Notes: generated by a model from the sequence alone, not told the origin. A stretch of 64,000 bases of DNA from Eledone cirrhosa (GCA_964016885.1 OZ024740.1:131440001-131504000), one strand, 5' to 3'. Shown: positions 1 through 15,300, counted from the stretch's first letter. Program-made: numbers and translations.

Positions 1-83
1 ATTCTATTCTATTCTATTATATTCCAAATCGGTTTCAACACACGTTTTGAGATAAAGAATCTTGCTAAATAAATTCAGAAACG

Positions 84-85
<2 letters not shown>

Positions 86-153
<68 letters not shown>
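86..153. repeat. (TA)n microsatellite
   Basis: Perfect TA dinucleotide run. Confidence 0.95.
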
Positions 154-158
<5 letters not shown>

Positions 159-934
159 GAAAACGCTTTAATAAAAAAAAAATCAACTGTAATGTATGTA
201 TGCATGTATTTATGTGTTTGTATGAGCGGGGAAATGCAAGTAAATATTACTTTGTGGACAGGTTCCCCTTAGCATAATATTCATGCTAGAACAGCATATA
301 TTTGAAAGTTTTCATGGAGTTGAATTACTGATTTTGGATCGGCAGCTTTAGCTTTGAAAAAATTAAATGTGCAGTGTAAACATTTTTTATTATTCCTCCG
401 GGGATGAATCTTCTCTGACTTTTTCGATCTCTTTCATTCTGTCTGGAAGAAATAAGCCGTAGTAGGACCTAAATAAATGTTTAGATACACCATGACCCAC
501 CGTGCATCACGCTGGAGTTGAAAAGCAGACTTAGAACATGGCGTTGTGTGGGGGTGGCTCGCATCCCAATGTTTTAGGGGGAGCAAACGAACAAGAAGAA
601 AAAGAAGAAGGTGTGAGCTGGAATCCTATCAAATATGTAGGTTGTGTCTTAAATTGAAGGTTTAGTAGAAACAATTCGTGTATAGTTTTGTACTTTTCTT
701 TTTGTCATTCATATATAAACAAATCTAATATATAAATTGGAAGTGGCCGGACGTTTGTATATGTAGGTGTAGTCGAATAAACGTCGGAACCGCTTGGTGG
801 AATGCAGCGAAAATTTACACAGTTATGCAGAATGACACGAAGAGGCGTTGGGTCGTCGTTCAAGCTACAAGCTTCCATGGTTACGGAGAAAATCCATGAA
901 ACAGGAATTTCCCATTCAAATTGAACTGAGAGTA

Positions 935-1230
935 ATCTGTAGAACGCAAAAGTAAATATTTCGTGGAACGTTGCAACCGAACGAAAACAGGAAGACGATA
1001 TTTTGGTTCGTGAAAATGTTCCCTGGCAATAAATGGGAAAAAAGCGAGGATAATACGTCCTTATGTGGAGCGTGAAGAACAATATCATGCAAAGACAAGA
1101 CCAAGTTTATGGTATAAATGGAGACGTTAGACTAATATTCTATTTAAAATAACAGAATGATTTCCAGCCACGGAGTTTAAGAACCATGTAAATAAAATTT
1201 AAAGCGTAAATGACGGAGGTTATTAAAACA
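935..1230 (+). repeat. Diverged copy of a dispersed repeat family also present at 34979-35780
   Basis: Collinear motifs aacgttgcaaccg...caggaagacgata...ttccctggcaa...taatacgtc...tttatggtataaa...tagactaat are shared with 35092-35260. Confidence 0.8.
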
Positions 1231-1901
1231 GTAAAAGTAAATAGTGAAGATTTAGACCAGTACATACGTATGCCCCGACGGTTATACACATACAGACGCA
1301 CACACAAATACATACCCTTCCCCCCCTCACACACACACGAACGCACGCGCGTATGTATAAAGCTTATGCATTTCTACAGTATTTATACCAAATTTAACAC
1401 ATAGGTTACTTATGTACTCCGGACGCTCATGGGCCCTGTCATTTTTCCAGATATTGATTGTAGTGTCCCCAGGCAGATAACCCCTTTAACCACTTTCTTG
1501 GAGTCGACTGAAGCACTGCAGTGCAATGCAAAAAAAATGTCATAACTTCTACAGTTCGCAACTGATTTTCAAAAAACTTGACACATGGGCTACCTTTGTC
1601 CTACAGATGAATGTGAACTCTCAGATTTGACACATATTGGGTAGGAGACCCCTGGGGACAGGTACCACCTTTAGGAAAAATACGATAATTTTGTAAAAGA
1701 CATATATGGTATACACAACTGCTATTTAATATCCGAGCACACGCCGGGTACCTCTGCAAGTATATATATATATTGGGAAACAAGATTAAATCTATATTTT
1801 AAAAAAAGACCCCTGTTGCATTTTCGATTTCATCATTTTCCTTATACTTTCAGTCGTGTAGCACACCGCGTTTTTTTCATTTCGTAAAGAAACCCTCACT
1901 G

Positions 1902-1904
<3 letters not shown>

Positions 1905-1944
<40 letters not shown>

Positions 1945-2016
1945 ATATATTATATATATATATATATATATTATATTTATATATATATTATATATATATA
2001 TTATATATATTATATA

Positions 2017-2065
<49 letters not shown>

Positions 2066-2207
2066 ATGTATATATATATTATATATATATTATATATATT
2101 TAATATATATATATTATATATATATTATATATAGATATATATTATATATATATATATTATATATTATATATATATTATATATATATATATTATATATATA
2201 TATATAT

Positions 2208-2268
<61 letters not shown>

Positions 2269-2309
2269 ATATATATATGTTATATATATATATATATATT
2301 ATATATATA

Positions 2310-2378
<69 letters not shown>

Positions 2379-2433
2379 ATATATATTATATATATATATA
2401 TATTATATATATATATTATATATATATATATAT

Positions 2434-2465
<32 letters not shown>

Positions 2466-2484
2466 ATATATTATATATATTATA

Positions 2485-2527
<43 letters not shown>

Positions 2528-2545
2528 ATATATATTATATATATA

Positions 2546-2619
<74 letters not shown>

Positions 2620-2811
2620 ATATATATATATTATCTATATATATATATTATATATATATAAGTCTATTATATATATATATATATATATTATCTATATATA
2701 TTATATATATATAAGTCTATTATATATATATATATATATTATCTATATATATATATTATATATATATATATATATTATCTATATATATATATTATATATA
2801 TATAAATATAT

Positions 2812-2843
<32 letters not shown>

Positions 2844-2908
2844 AAATATATTATATATATATATATATATATTATCTATATATATATATTATATGTATAT
2901 AAATATAT

Positions 2909-2979
<71 letters not shown>

Positions 2980-3221
2980 ATATATATTATATATATATAT
3001 TATATATATTATATATATATATTATATATATTATATATATATATTATATATATTATATATATATATTATATATATTATATATATATATATTATATATATA
3101 TATATATTATATATATTATATATATATAAATATATATTACATATATATATATTATATAAATATATATTTCATATATATATATATATTATATATATATATA
3201 TATATATATTACATATATATA

Positions 3222-3261
<40 letters not shown>

Positions 3262-3302
3262 AATATATATATATTATATATATATATATTATATATATAT
3301 AT

Positions 3303-3355
<53 letters not shown>

Positions 3356-3501
3356 ATATTATATATACATATATATATATTATATATTTATATATATATA
3401 TATTATATATAAATATATATATATTAAATATATATATATTATATATATATTATATATAAATATATATATATTATATATATATATATTATATATATATATT
3501 T

Positions 3502-3532
<31 letters not shown>

Positions 3533-3635
3533 AATATATATATATTATATATATATATATTATATATAAATATATATATATTATATATATATATATATAT
3601 ATTATTTATATATATTATATATAAATATATATATA

Positions 3636-3679
<44 letters not shown>

Positions 3680-3790
3680 AATATATATATATTATGTATA
3701 TATATATATATATTTATATCTATATATATATTAGATATAAATATATATATATTATATATATATATATATATTTATATATATTTATATATT
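1905..3790. repeat. ~1.9-kb imperfect (TA)n tract
   Basis: Almost pure A/T alternation with TT interruptions. The YI-repeat ORFs here are artefacts. Confidence 0.95.
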
Positions 3791-4468
3791 GGAATAAATG
3801 CTCTGAAATAGCGATATATATGTGAATATAGACATAGAATATTCGAAAATATTCTGTATGTTTATAATAAACATTTTGAAGACCTAATCGCTATAGAATA
3901 GAATACGTCACGTATTACAATTAGATTCTCGATAAAAGCAAGGGAAGTAATCTACGCGTTTCATTCTTATTAGAAATCTTCAGGACCACATATCCAATGC
4001 TTTTATCGAGAATGACACAGCTAGAGACTTATAGAATACTTAGCTGTGTACAGGAACTGGTTTGAAAGAGCGGTTGCCGGTCCGGCAGAAATTAGAAATT
4101 GGAATAAATGCTCTGAAATAGCGATATATATGTGAATATAGACATAGAATATTCGAAAATATTCTGTATGTTTATAATAAACATTTTGAAGACCTAATCG
4201 CTATAGAATAGAATACGTCACGTATTACAATTAGATTCTCGATAAAAGCAAGGGAAGTAATCTACGCGTTTCATTCTTATTAGAAATCTTCAGGACCACA
4301 TATCCAATGCTTTTATCGAGAATGACACAGCTAGAGACTTATAGAATACTTAGCTGTGTACAGGGACTGGTTTGAAAGAGCGGTTGCCGGTCCGGCAGAA
4401 ATTAGAAATTGGAATAAATGCTCTGAAATAGCGATATATATGTGAATATAGACATAGAATATTCGAAA
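3791..4468. repeat. 310-bp tandem repeat, ~2.2 near-identical copies, running into the gap
   Basis: ggaataaatgctctgaaatagcg recurs at 3791, 4101 and 4411. Confidence 0.93.
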
Positions 4469-4668
4469 NNNNNNNNNNNNNNNNNNNNNNNNNNNNNNNN
4501 NNNNNNNNNNNNNNNNNNNNNNNNNNNNNNNNNNNNNNNNNNNNNNNNNNNNNNNNNNNNNNNNNNNNNNNNNNNNNNNNNNNNNNNNNNNNNNNNNNNN
4601 NNNNNNNNNNNNNNNNNNNNNNNNNNNNNNNNNNNNNNNNNNNNNNNNNNNNNNNNNNNNNNNNNNNN
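4469..4668. other. Assembly gap (200 N)
   Basis: Run of 200 Ns between two different satellites. Confidence 0.99.
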
Positions 4669-7600
4669 TGTTTCCTCAAAAACCAGTATGACTCTAAAAA
4701 CCGGTTTGTCTGTGTGTTTACATACAGAATAGCTGGACACTCACAGTAAAGTGACCAGTGAAAAACTCGGTACATCTACATATGTATACGTGTGTGTATT
4801 CCTATGCATACTAGTATTTCAGTATACATATGTGGATGTACATTTTTAACTTAATTGTTTAAGCGTCAGTCATACAAAAGTGAGTTACAAACGAAGCGAA
4901 ATTTAATTTCGTTTCGTTATTTGTTTTTATCGTCTCCGTTGAACCGGTACGTACTCACGCTCTATGCAAATTGGTCTGCCCACTACTAATTTTCATAGAA
5001 AAGGCATATAACGATATGTGCTTTTACGATTCTCTAGAAGGGCCGGAAGATAGGTAAATATTGCTGATGAGATGTAACAACATCGAAACAAGTTCAATGT
5101 TCCTTGTCTGGCTTTCTGGAGAATAGAGGAAAGGTCTTTCCTCAAAAACCAGTATGACTCTAAAAACCGGTTTGTCTGTGTGTTTACATACAGAATAGCT
5201 GGACACTCACAGTAAAGTGACCAGTGAAAAACTCGGTACATCTACATATGTATACGTGTGTGTATTCATATGCATACTAGTATTTCAGTATACATATGTG
5301 GATGTACATTTTTAACTTAATTGTTTAAGCGTCAGTCATACAAAAGTGAGTTACAAACGAAGCGAAATTTAATTTCGTTTCGTTATTTGTTTTTATCGTC
5401 TCCGTTGAACCGGTACGTACTCACGCTCTATGCAAATTGGTCTGCCCACTACTAATTTTCATAGAAAAGGCATATAACGATATGTGCTTTTACGATTCTC
5501 TAGAAGGGCCGGAAGATAGGTAAATATTGCTGATGAGATGTAACAACATCGAAACTAGTTCAATGTTCCTTGTCTGGCTTTCTGGAGAATAGAGGAAAGG
5601 TGTTTCCTCAAAAACCAGTATGACTCTAAAAACCGGTTTGTCTGTGTGTTTACATACAGAATAGCTGGACACTCACAGTAAAGTGACCAGTGAAAAACTC
5701 GGTACATCTACATATGTATACGTGTGTGTATTCATATGCATACTAGTATTTCAGTATACATATGTGGATGTACATTTTTAACTTAATTGTTTAAGCGTCA
5801 GTCATACAAAAGTGAGTTACAAACGAAGCGAAATTTAATTTCGTTTCGTTATTTGTTTTTATCGTCTCCGTTGAACCGGTACGTACTCACGCTCTATGCA
5901 AATTGGTCTGCCCACTACTAATTTTCATAGAAAAGGCATATAACGATATGTGCTTTTACGATTCTCTAGAAGGGCCGGAAGATAGGTAAATATTGCTGAT
6001 GAGATGTAACAACATCGAAACTAGTTCAATGTTCCTTGTCTGGCTTTCTGGAGAATAGAGGAAAGGTGTTTCCTCAAAAACCAGTATGACTCTAAAAACC
6101 GGTTTGTCTGTGTGTTTACATACAGAATAGCTGGACACTCACAGTAAAGTGACCAGTGAAAAACTCGTTACATCTACATATGTATACGTGTGTGTATTCA
6201 TATGCATACTAGTATTTCAGTATACATATGTGGATGTACATTTTTAACTTAATTGTTTAAGCGTCAGTCATACAAAAGTGAGTTACAAACGAAGCGAAAT
6301 TTAATTTCGTTTCGTTATTTGTTTTTATCGTCTCCGTTGAACCGGTACGTACTCACGCTCTATGCAAATTGGTCTGCCCACTACTAATTTTCATAGAAAA
6401 GGCATATAACGATATGTGCTTTTACGATTCTCTAGAAGGGCCGGAAGATAGGTAAATATTGCTGATTAGATGTAACAACATCGAAACTAGTTCAATGTTC
6501 CTTGTCTGGCTTTCTGGAGAATAGAGGAAAGGTGTTTCCTCAAAAACCAGTATGACTCTAAAAACCGGTTTGTCTGTGTGTTTACATACAGAATAGCTGG
6601 ACACTCACAGTAAAGTGACCAGTGAAAAACTCGGTACATCTACATATGTATACGTGTGTGTATTCATATGCATACTAGTATTTCAGTATACATATGTGGA
6701 TGTACATTTTTAACTTAATTGTTTAAGCGTCAGTCATACAAAAGTGAGTTACAAACGAAGCGAAATTTAATTTCCTTTCGTTATTTGTTTTTATCGTCTC
6801 CGTTGAACCGGTACGTACTCACGCTCTATGCAAATTGGTCTGCCCACTACTAATTTTCATAGAAAAGGCATATAACGATATGTGCTTTTACGATTCTCTA
6901 GAAGGGCCGGAAGATAGGTAAATATTGCTGATGAGATGTAACAACATCGAAACTAGTTCAATGTTCCTTGTCTGGCTTTCTGGAGAATAGAGGAAAGGTG
7001 TTTCCTCAAAAACCAGTATGACTCTAAAAACCGGTTTGTCTGTGTGTTTACATACAGAATAGCTGGACACTCACAGTAAAGTGGCCAGTGAAAAACTCGG
7101 TACATCTACATATGTATACGTGTGTGTATTCATATGCATACTAGTATTTCAGTATACATATGTGGATGTACATTTTTAACTTAATTGTTTAAGCGTCAGT
7201 CATACAAAAGTGAGTTACAAACGAAGCGAAATTTAATTTCCTTTCGTTATTTGTTTTTATCGTCTCGGTTGAACCGGTACGTACTCACGCTCTATGCAAA
7301 TTGGTCTGCCCACTACTAATTTTCATAGAAAAGGCATATAACGATATGTGCTTTTACGATTCTCTAGAAGGGCCGGAAGATAGGTAAATATTGCTGATGA
7401 GATGTAACAACATCGAAACTAGTTCATTGTTCCTTGTCTGGCTTTCTGGAAATAGAGGAAAGGTGTTTCCTCAAAAACCAGTATGACTCTAAAAACCGGT
7501 TTGTCTGTGAGTTTACATACAGAATAGCTGGACACTCACAGTAAAGTGACCAGTGAAAAACTCGGTACATCTACATATGTATACGTGTGTGTATTCATAT

Positions 7601-10370
7601 GCATACTAGTATTTCAGTATACATATGTGGATGTACATTTTTAACTTAATTGTTTAAGCGTCAGTCATACAAAAGTGAGTTACAAACGAAGCGAAATTTA
7701 ATTTCGTTTCGTTATTTGTTTTTATCGTCTCCGTTGAACCGGTACGTACTCACGCTCTATGCAAATTGGTCTGCCCACTACTAATTTTCATAGAAAAGGC
7801 ATATAACGATATGTGCTTTTACGATTCTCTAGAAGGGCCGGAAGATAGGTAAATATTGCTGATGAGATGTAACAACATCGAAACTAGTTCAATGTTCCTT
7901 GTCTGGCTTTCTGGAGAATAGAGGAAAGGTGTTTCCTCAAAAACCAGTATGACTCTAAAAACCGGTTTGTCTGTGTGTTTACATACAGAATAGCTGGACA
8001 CTCACAGTAAAGTGACCAGTGAAAAACTCGTTACATCTACATATGTATACGTGTGTGTATTCATATGCATACTAGTATTTCAGTATACATATGTGGATGT
8101 ACATTTTTAACTTAATTGTTTAAGCGTCAGTCATACAAAAGTGAGTTACAAACGAAGCGAAATTTAATTTCCTTTCGTTATTTGTTTTTATCGTCTCCGT
8201 TGAACCGGTACGTACTCACGCTCTATGCAAATTGGTCTGCCCACTACTAATTTTCATAGAAAAGGCATATAACGATATGTGCTTTTACGATTCTCTAGAA
8301 GGGCCGGAAGATAGGTAAATATTGCTGATGAGATGTAACAACATCGAAACTAGTTCAATGTTCCTTGTCTGGCTTTCTGGAGAATAGAGGAAAGGTGTTT
8401 CCTCAAAAACCAGTATGACTCTAAAAACCGGTTTGTCTCTGTGTTTACATACAGAATAGCTGGACACTCACAGTAAAGTGACCAGTGAAAAACTCGGTAC
8501 ATCTACATATGTATACGTGTGTGTATTCATATGCATACTAGTATTTCAGTATACATATGTGGATGTACATTTTTAACTTAATTGTTTAAGCGTCAGTCAT
8601 ACAAAAGTGAGTTACAAACGAAGCGAAATTTAATTTCGTTTCGTTATTTGTTTTTATCGTCTCCGTTGAACCGGTACGTACTCACACTCTATGCAAATTA
8701 GTCTGCCCACTACTAATTTTCATAGAAAAAGCATATAACGATATGTGCTTTTACAATTCTCCAGAAAGGACGGGAGATAGGTAAATGTTGCTGATGAGTT
8801 GTAACAACAACGAAACTAGTTCAATATTCCTTGTCTGGCTTTCTGGAAAATAGAGGAAATTTGTTTCCTCAAAAACCAGTATGACTCTAAAAACCGGTTT
8901 GTCTGTGTGTTTACATACAGAATAGCTGGACACTCACAGTAAAGTGACCAGTGAAAAACTTGGTACATCTACATATGTATACGTGTGTGTATTCATATGC
9001 ATACTAGTATTTCAGTATACATATGTGGATGTACATTTTTCACTTAATTGTTTAAGCGTCAGTCATACAAAAGTGAGTTACAAACGAAACGAAATTTAAT
9101 CTCGGTTCGTTATTTGTTTTTATCGTCTCCGTTGAACCGGTACGTACTCACACTCTATGCAAATTAGTCTGCCCACTACTAATTTTCATAGAAAAAGCAT
9201 ATAACGATATGTGCTTTTACAATTCTCCAGAAAGGCCGGGAGATAGGTAAATATTGCTGATGAGTTGTAACAACAACGAAACTAGTTCAATATTCCTTGT
9301 CTGGCTTTCTGGAGAATAGAGGAAAGGTGTTTCCTCAAAAACCAGTATGACTCTAAAAACCGGTTTGTTTGTGTGTTTACATACAGAATAGACTAGTATT
9401 TCAGTATACATATGTGGATGTACATTTTTAACTTAATTGTTTAAGCGTCAGTCATACAAAAGTGAGTTACAAACGAAACGAAATTTAATCTCGTTTCGTT
9501 ATTTGTTTTTATCGTCTCCGTTGAACTGGTATGTACTCACACTCTATGCAAATTAGTCTGCCCACTACTAATTTTCATAGAAAAAACATATAACGATATG
9601 TGCTTTTACAATTCTCCAGAAAGGCCGGGAGATAGGTAAATGTTGCTGATGAGTTGTAACAACAACGAAACTAGTTCAATATTCCTTGTCTGGCTTTCTG
9701 GAAAATAGAGGAAAGGTGTTTCCTCAAAAACCAGTATGACTCTAAAAACCGGTTTGTCTGTGTGTTTATATACAGAATAGCTGGACACTCACAGTAAAGT
9801 GACCAGTGAAAAACTTGGTACATCTACATATGTATACGTGTGTGTATTCATATGCATACTAGTATTTCAGTATACATATGTGGATGTACATTTTTAACTT
9901 AATTGTTTAAGCGTCAGTCATACAAAAGTGAGTTACAAACGAAACGAAATTTAATCTCGTTTCGTTATTTGTTTTTATCGTCTCCGTTGAACCGGTACGT
10001 ACTCACACTCTATGCAAATTAGTCTGCCCACTACTAATTTTCATAGAAAAAGCATATAACGATATGTGCTTTTACAATTCTCCAGAAAGGCCGGGAGATA
10101 GGTAAATGTTGCTGATGAGTTGTAACAACAACGAAACTAGTTCAATATTCCTTGTCTGGCTTTCCGGAGAATAGAGGAAAGGTGTTTCCTCAAAAACTAG
10201 TATGACTCTAAAAACCGGTTTGTCTGTGTGTTTACATACAGAATAGCTGGACACTCACAGTAAAGTGACCAGTGAAAAACTTGGTACATCTACATATGTA
10301 TACGTGTGTGTATTCATATGCATACTAGTATTTCAGTATACATATGTGGATGTACATTTTTAACTTAATT
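4669..10370. repeat. 466-bp satellite, ~12 copies
   Basis: The same 60-aa pseudo-ORF recurs at 5024, 5490, 5956, 6422, 6888, 7819, 8285, 8751, 9217, 9606 and 10072. One unit has a 77-bp deletion near 9391. Confidence 0.97.
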
Positions 10371-10576
10371 ATATTATATATATATATTATATATATATAC
10401 ATATATTATATATATATATATTATATATATATATTATATATATATATATATATTATATATATATATATATATTATATATATATATATATTATATATATAT
10501 ATATATTATATATATATATATATTATATATATATATATATATTAGATATATATATATATTTTATATATATATATGT

Positions 10577-10608
<32 letters not shown>

Positions 10609-10702
10609 ATTATATATATATATATATTTTATATATATATATATATTATATATATATATATATATTATATATATATATTATATATATATATATTATATAT
10701 AT

Positions 10703-10733
<31 letters not shown>

Positions 10734-10820
10734 AATATATTATATGTATATAGATATATGTATATATATTGTATATATATATATATTATATGTATATATA
10801 TATATATTATATATATATAT

Positions 10821-10851
<31 letters not shown>

Positions 10852-11061
10852 ATATATATATATATATTATATATATTATATATATATTATATATATATAT
10901 ATTATATATATATATATTATATATATATATATTATATATATATTATATATATATATATATTATATATATATATATATTATATATATATATATTATATATA
11001 TATTATATATATATATATATATTATATATATATATTATATATATATATATTATATATATAT

Positions 11062-11093
<32 letters not shown>

Positions 11094-11125
11094 ATTATAT
11101 ATATATATATATTATATATATATTC

Positions 11126-11160
<35 letters not shown>

Positions 11161-11170
11161 ATATATATAA

Positions 11171-11217
<47 letters not shown>

Positions 11218-11319
11218 TATATATATATTATATATATATTATATATATATATATATTATATATATATTATATATATATATTATATATATATTATATATAT
11301 ATTATATATATATATTATA

Positions 11320-11362
<43 letters not shown>

Positions 11363-11442
11363 ATATTATATATATATATATATTATATATATATATATAT
11401 AATATATATATATATATATAATATATATATATAATATATATA

Positions 11443-11516
<74 letters not shown>

Positions 11517-11625
11517 ATATATAATATATATATATAATATATATATATATATTATATATATATATTATATATATATATATATAATATATATATATATATA
11601 TAATAATATATATATATATATAATA

Positions 11626-11656
<31 letters not shown>

Positions 11657-11672
11657 ATATTATATAATATAT
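10371..11672. repeat. ~1.3-kb imperfect (TA)n tract
   Basis: AT alternation. Confidence 0.95.
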
Positions 11673-11846
11673 TGGTGGTTTGAACTTTACAACACCAGCT
11701 ACCTCTTTGAGGTCAAATAGCAACCCTACTACCATCTACAAACTGACCAATGAGAATCATGAATATTCCTGCTGACAACATTAAATTATTCCTAACAAGC
11801 TCATATGTCCGAAGGCTCTGATACCATCAACACAATAAACACTCTA

Positions 11847-11902
11847 ACTGGCTGATGAGGTCATAATCATTCAATGGCTATCATCGAAATATATATAGCA
11901 GT
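11847..11902 (+). ncRNA. Minimal type I hammerhead ribozyme (5' pseudo-LTR copy, mutated stems)
   Basis: actgg-CTGATGA-ggtcataatcattcaatggctatcatc-GAAA-tatata-TA-gcagt. Confidence 0.7.
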
Positions 11903-12091
11903 AAATAAAGGAATATGAGTTCATGCAATTGACTTATGTTTCGTCACTATTATAAGTCCTGAACTTATATCTTCGTTGAGTGCTCCCAATCCGCATACTG
12001 AAGTACTGGATTTTACCAACACTTACTTTCTTGCTTACCCCATGCACCACACCCTGTTGAGCGCTTCATACAGTAGCGGACCGCAGCCAAT

Positions 12092-14747
12092 ATGAATGAA
12101 CTCACTACTCTGGCATCACTGAAGGACATCCCATTACCGGGTAAAAGAGAATACACCAGGAATTTCACTAAGAGTGCTGACTCCCTAATACGCAGGATGC
12201 GGTGGAGGGCTTACCACTCTGATAGAGGAAACCCCAAAATTTTAATAACCAAAAAATCATGGAGTGCCTCTTCAGATCAAGAATAACGCCCCCCCCCCCA
12301 CAACATACTATTGGAAAAGTTTCAGAACGAAATGATGGCATCATTTACATCATCAAATTTTCCGACCACCCATACCGGGGTTGAGAATACCTTAGACGAC
12401 TGGAAAATGGAATTACCGAGCGTAAGGAATCTACAGGAATACTCGTCCATGCTGACAAAACCAACAAGCTTTACAGCATGGACGTTCAACTTTACCATGA
12501 GCTAATCCTCAGGGAATTGAGAAAAAGCTACAAAAAAAAACGACCGAGGCTACACTGGAGCATATCAACATCAAGGCTTATGAGATCGTATCTGGTCTTG
12601 GTATAGATGATAGGACGGCCCCATACCAACCAAGGGAACCGAGGATTACCATTAAGGACTACAAAACAAACTTTGAGTCTAACCTCCCGGTCAGAATGAT
12701 AGCCCCCTCCCGGTCAGACATGGGGGTTATTAGCAAAAGCATTTTAGATAGGATCCTCCCCACACTTAAGAGTAAAAATGTTACAACTCTGATCCTGCAC
12801 CAGCCAGCTGCTGGACTGGTTTACAGTTTTACCTGACAAACATACCACCAGCTTCATACAACTAGACATCAACAATTACTACTCTTCTATCTCGCCTATA
12901 GTCCTGAACAAGACACTCATATTCGCGATGAATAGGACATACCTAACACGCGAGGAGGTCCGAAATATACACGCCGCCAGAAAGACTCTGATGCGATTCA
13001 GTGGTGACATATGGACCCGGAGTGACTGGCCAAATAATTTTGACATTACAATGGGCTCCAGTGACTCCGCGCAGCTAACGGACTTGGTTGGAATAAACAT
13101 ACTCTAGGAGATCAGGAGGGAAATACCCAACCTGGGTGGCGGGCTGTACCGAGACGACGCACTCTTCACCGTACTGGACGACAGCACCACAATGGTCGAA
13201 AATATGAAGAGGATAATTAGGCACTTCTTTAGCAAGGTAGGAATTAAGGTAGAGATGGAACCCAATAGAAAAGTAGTGACTGTCCTGGACACCACCCTCA
13301 ACCTTAACACCAAGCTACACCACCCATATCATAAACCCAATGAGGAGCTGGTGTATATCAACGCTGGGTCTAATCACCCTAGATCTATAGTTAAGGTCAC
13401 AGTTATGAGTGTCTCTGATAGGATCTCTAAATTATCGGCCAATAAAGAGATCTTCAATAGTAACGCTGATTACTATAACTCAGCGCTAGATAAGGCGTCC
13501 CACAGCGATAGGATCAGCTATAACCCTATGGGACATGATCGAGATGACCCAAGGGTACCCCGGACCAATACCATCAGGAGCATGAGTGGCCCACCTAATA
13601 CCTCGGTAACAAGTAGTAACACTCCCAGACCCTTATCCGTCACCACCCCCGGTAGAAGGTCCCGCCTACCCCATCGGTCTAATACCTACAACGCTGAATA
13701 CCACTGTGCTGCGGAGCATAGGCACCCCTGCACCGGCCCCACAACACGCCGAACCATAATTGAGCAAGGAGGCCGCACCTCGCAGGTTTATAATCCCACG
13801 GTGGGCCCATATAACCCTCATGATAGTGACCGCTCCGCACACCCAAGTGACACCAACCGACCTCGACCTGACCTGTGCACAACCACGCGATGGCCCACGG
13901 CGGACACCCAACAACCCCGAAAGAATAGGACGAGGTATGTCAAATGGTATAACCCTCCGTAATGGGTGGGTCTACGTACCTACCAGCCTGGCTAGAACAT
14001 TATTTAGAGTACTGGATAAATGATTCCCTAGGGCCCACAAGTAACATAAAATATTCAACAGGCCAACGGTGAAACTTTCCTACTCAACCACACGCTCCGT
14101 AGCCCAGCACATAGCTGGTATAAATAGGAATAGGCTCACTGCCTATAATACCACCGTAAACCCCGGAGCCACCGAACAGGACCAGCACGCGGGACGCAGC
14201 AGAACCCGGACAGGCAAAACTAGCACACCGGAACCCAACGACCTTGTGCTGATTGCGGAGGCTACACAGCCAACCCTGAGTGATGGTAACGACGCGGTAT
14301 ATGTGGTGGGGCTTAAGAAGTCATGTAATTGCAGAGACCCATCACTATGCCCCCCTTAGTAATGAATGTATGACGAAAAACCTGGTCTACAGATGCAAAA
14401 TGACAACGCCTAACTCGGAGCACCACTACATAGGATCCACAGCGACGAGCTTCAAAGATCGGTGGTATAACCATCGCTATTCCTTTAACAGAATACATAA
14501 GAGGAAATGTACGGCCCTTTCTGAATTGATCTGGAAGTTGAAACTTGAAAAGACCCCGCACTCTCTGGTCTGGTCGGTGGTTAGAAAGGCTCCTCCAGAC
14601 AGAGGCGGGTCTGGTATTTGCAACCTCTGGCTTAGAGAGACACTCGAGATTCTTCATGGCGGAACCAAGCTATTAAACAGAAATGTCGATTTATTCGGTG
14701 CCTGCAGACACCTAAGGACGGGAACTTTACTCAAGCTATATGGATAA
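12092..14747 (+). pseudogene. PLE reverse transcriptase + GIY-YIG endonuclease, frameshifted with stops
   Basis: Motifs across frames: SLKDIPLP..RMRWRA, ADKT, ITIKDYKTNF, QLDINNYYSSI, FDITMGS, GLYRDD, WYNPP, KIFNR.TVKLSYS, CNCR..CP, VYRC..YIGST..FKDRWYNH, TALSELIWKLK, LLNR..CRH. This matches the Naiad-type PLE consensus as I know it. Confidence 0.88.
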
Positions 14748-14922
14748 ACCCCGGTTACGGCCTCTCACAACGACCCCCCCCCCCTGTAGGTCCCCTACAC
14801 CCCGTACCAATAACCACTGGACAATAACAACCATCCGTAGTTTTTGGTCCCTATGGTGGATGGTCCACCGGATCCTCTACTGGTTAGGAGTCATCTAAAC
14901 CACGTTTTATTGAACCTGATTT

Positions 14923-15300
14923 TATATATATATGTATATATGTATCATGTGTAAATAAATATATGTTATATGTGTATATATGTGTATTATATATATATGT
15001 ATGTATATATATGTATATATTTTATATATATATGTATATGTATGTGTATTTTATATATATATATATGTATGTATGTTTTATGCGTGTATATAATTTGTGT
15101 ATGTGTGTATTTTATGTATATATATATATTTGTTATGTTTATATATGTATATATTTTATATATATGTATGTTCTGTATATATATATATACTTCATATATA
15201 TATATATATAATTGTGCGTACATACATACATACATACATGTATATATGTACACACCTATTTGGATTTGTGTGTAGATGTGTGAGTGTCTGAGGGGGTAGG
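14923..15300. repeat. (TA)/(TG)/(TACA) compound microsatellite within the PLE 3' region
   Basis: Low-complexity dinucleotide sequence. Confidence 0.85.

Noticed and set aside
5024-10254. Repeated 60-aa ORF as a tandem gene family
   Set aside because: Non-ATG start, no recognisable domain, frameshifted in one unit; a by-product of the satellite.
10344-11421. Long ORFs (up to 352 aa) of I/Y repeats; also at 2893, 27325 and 32084
   Set aside because: Translations of stop-free (TA)n microsatellite.
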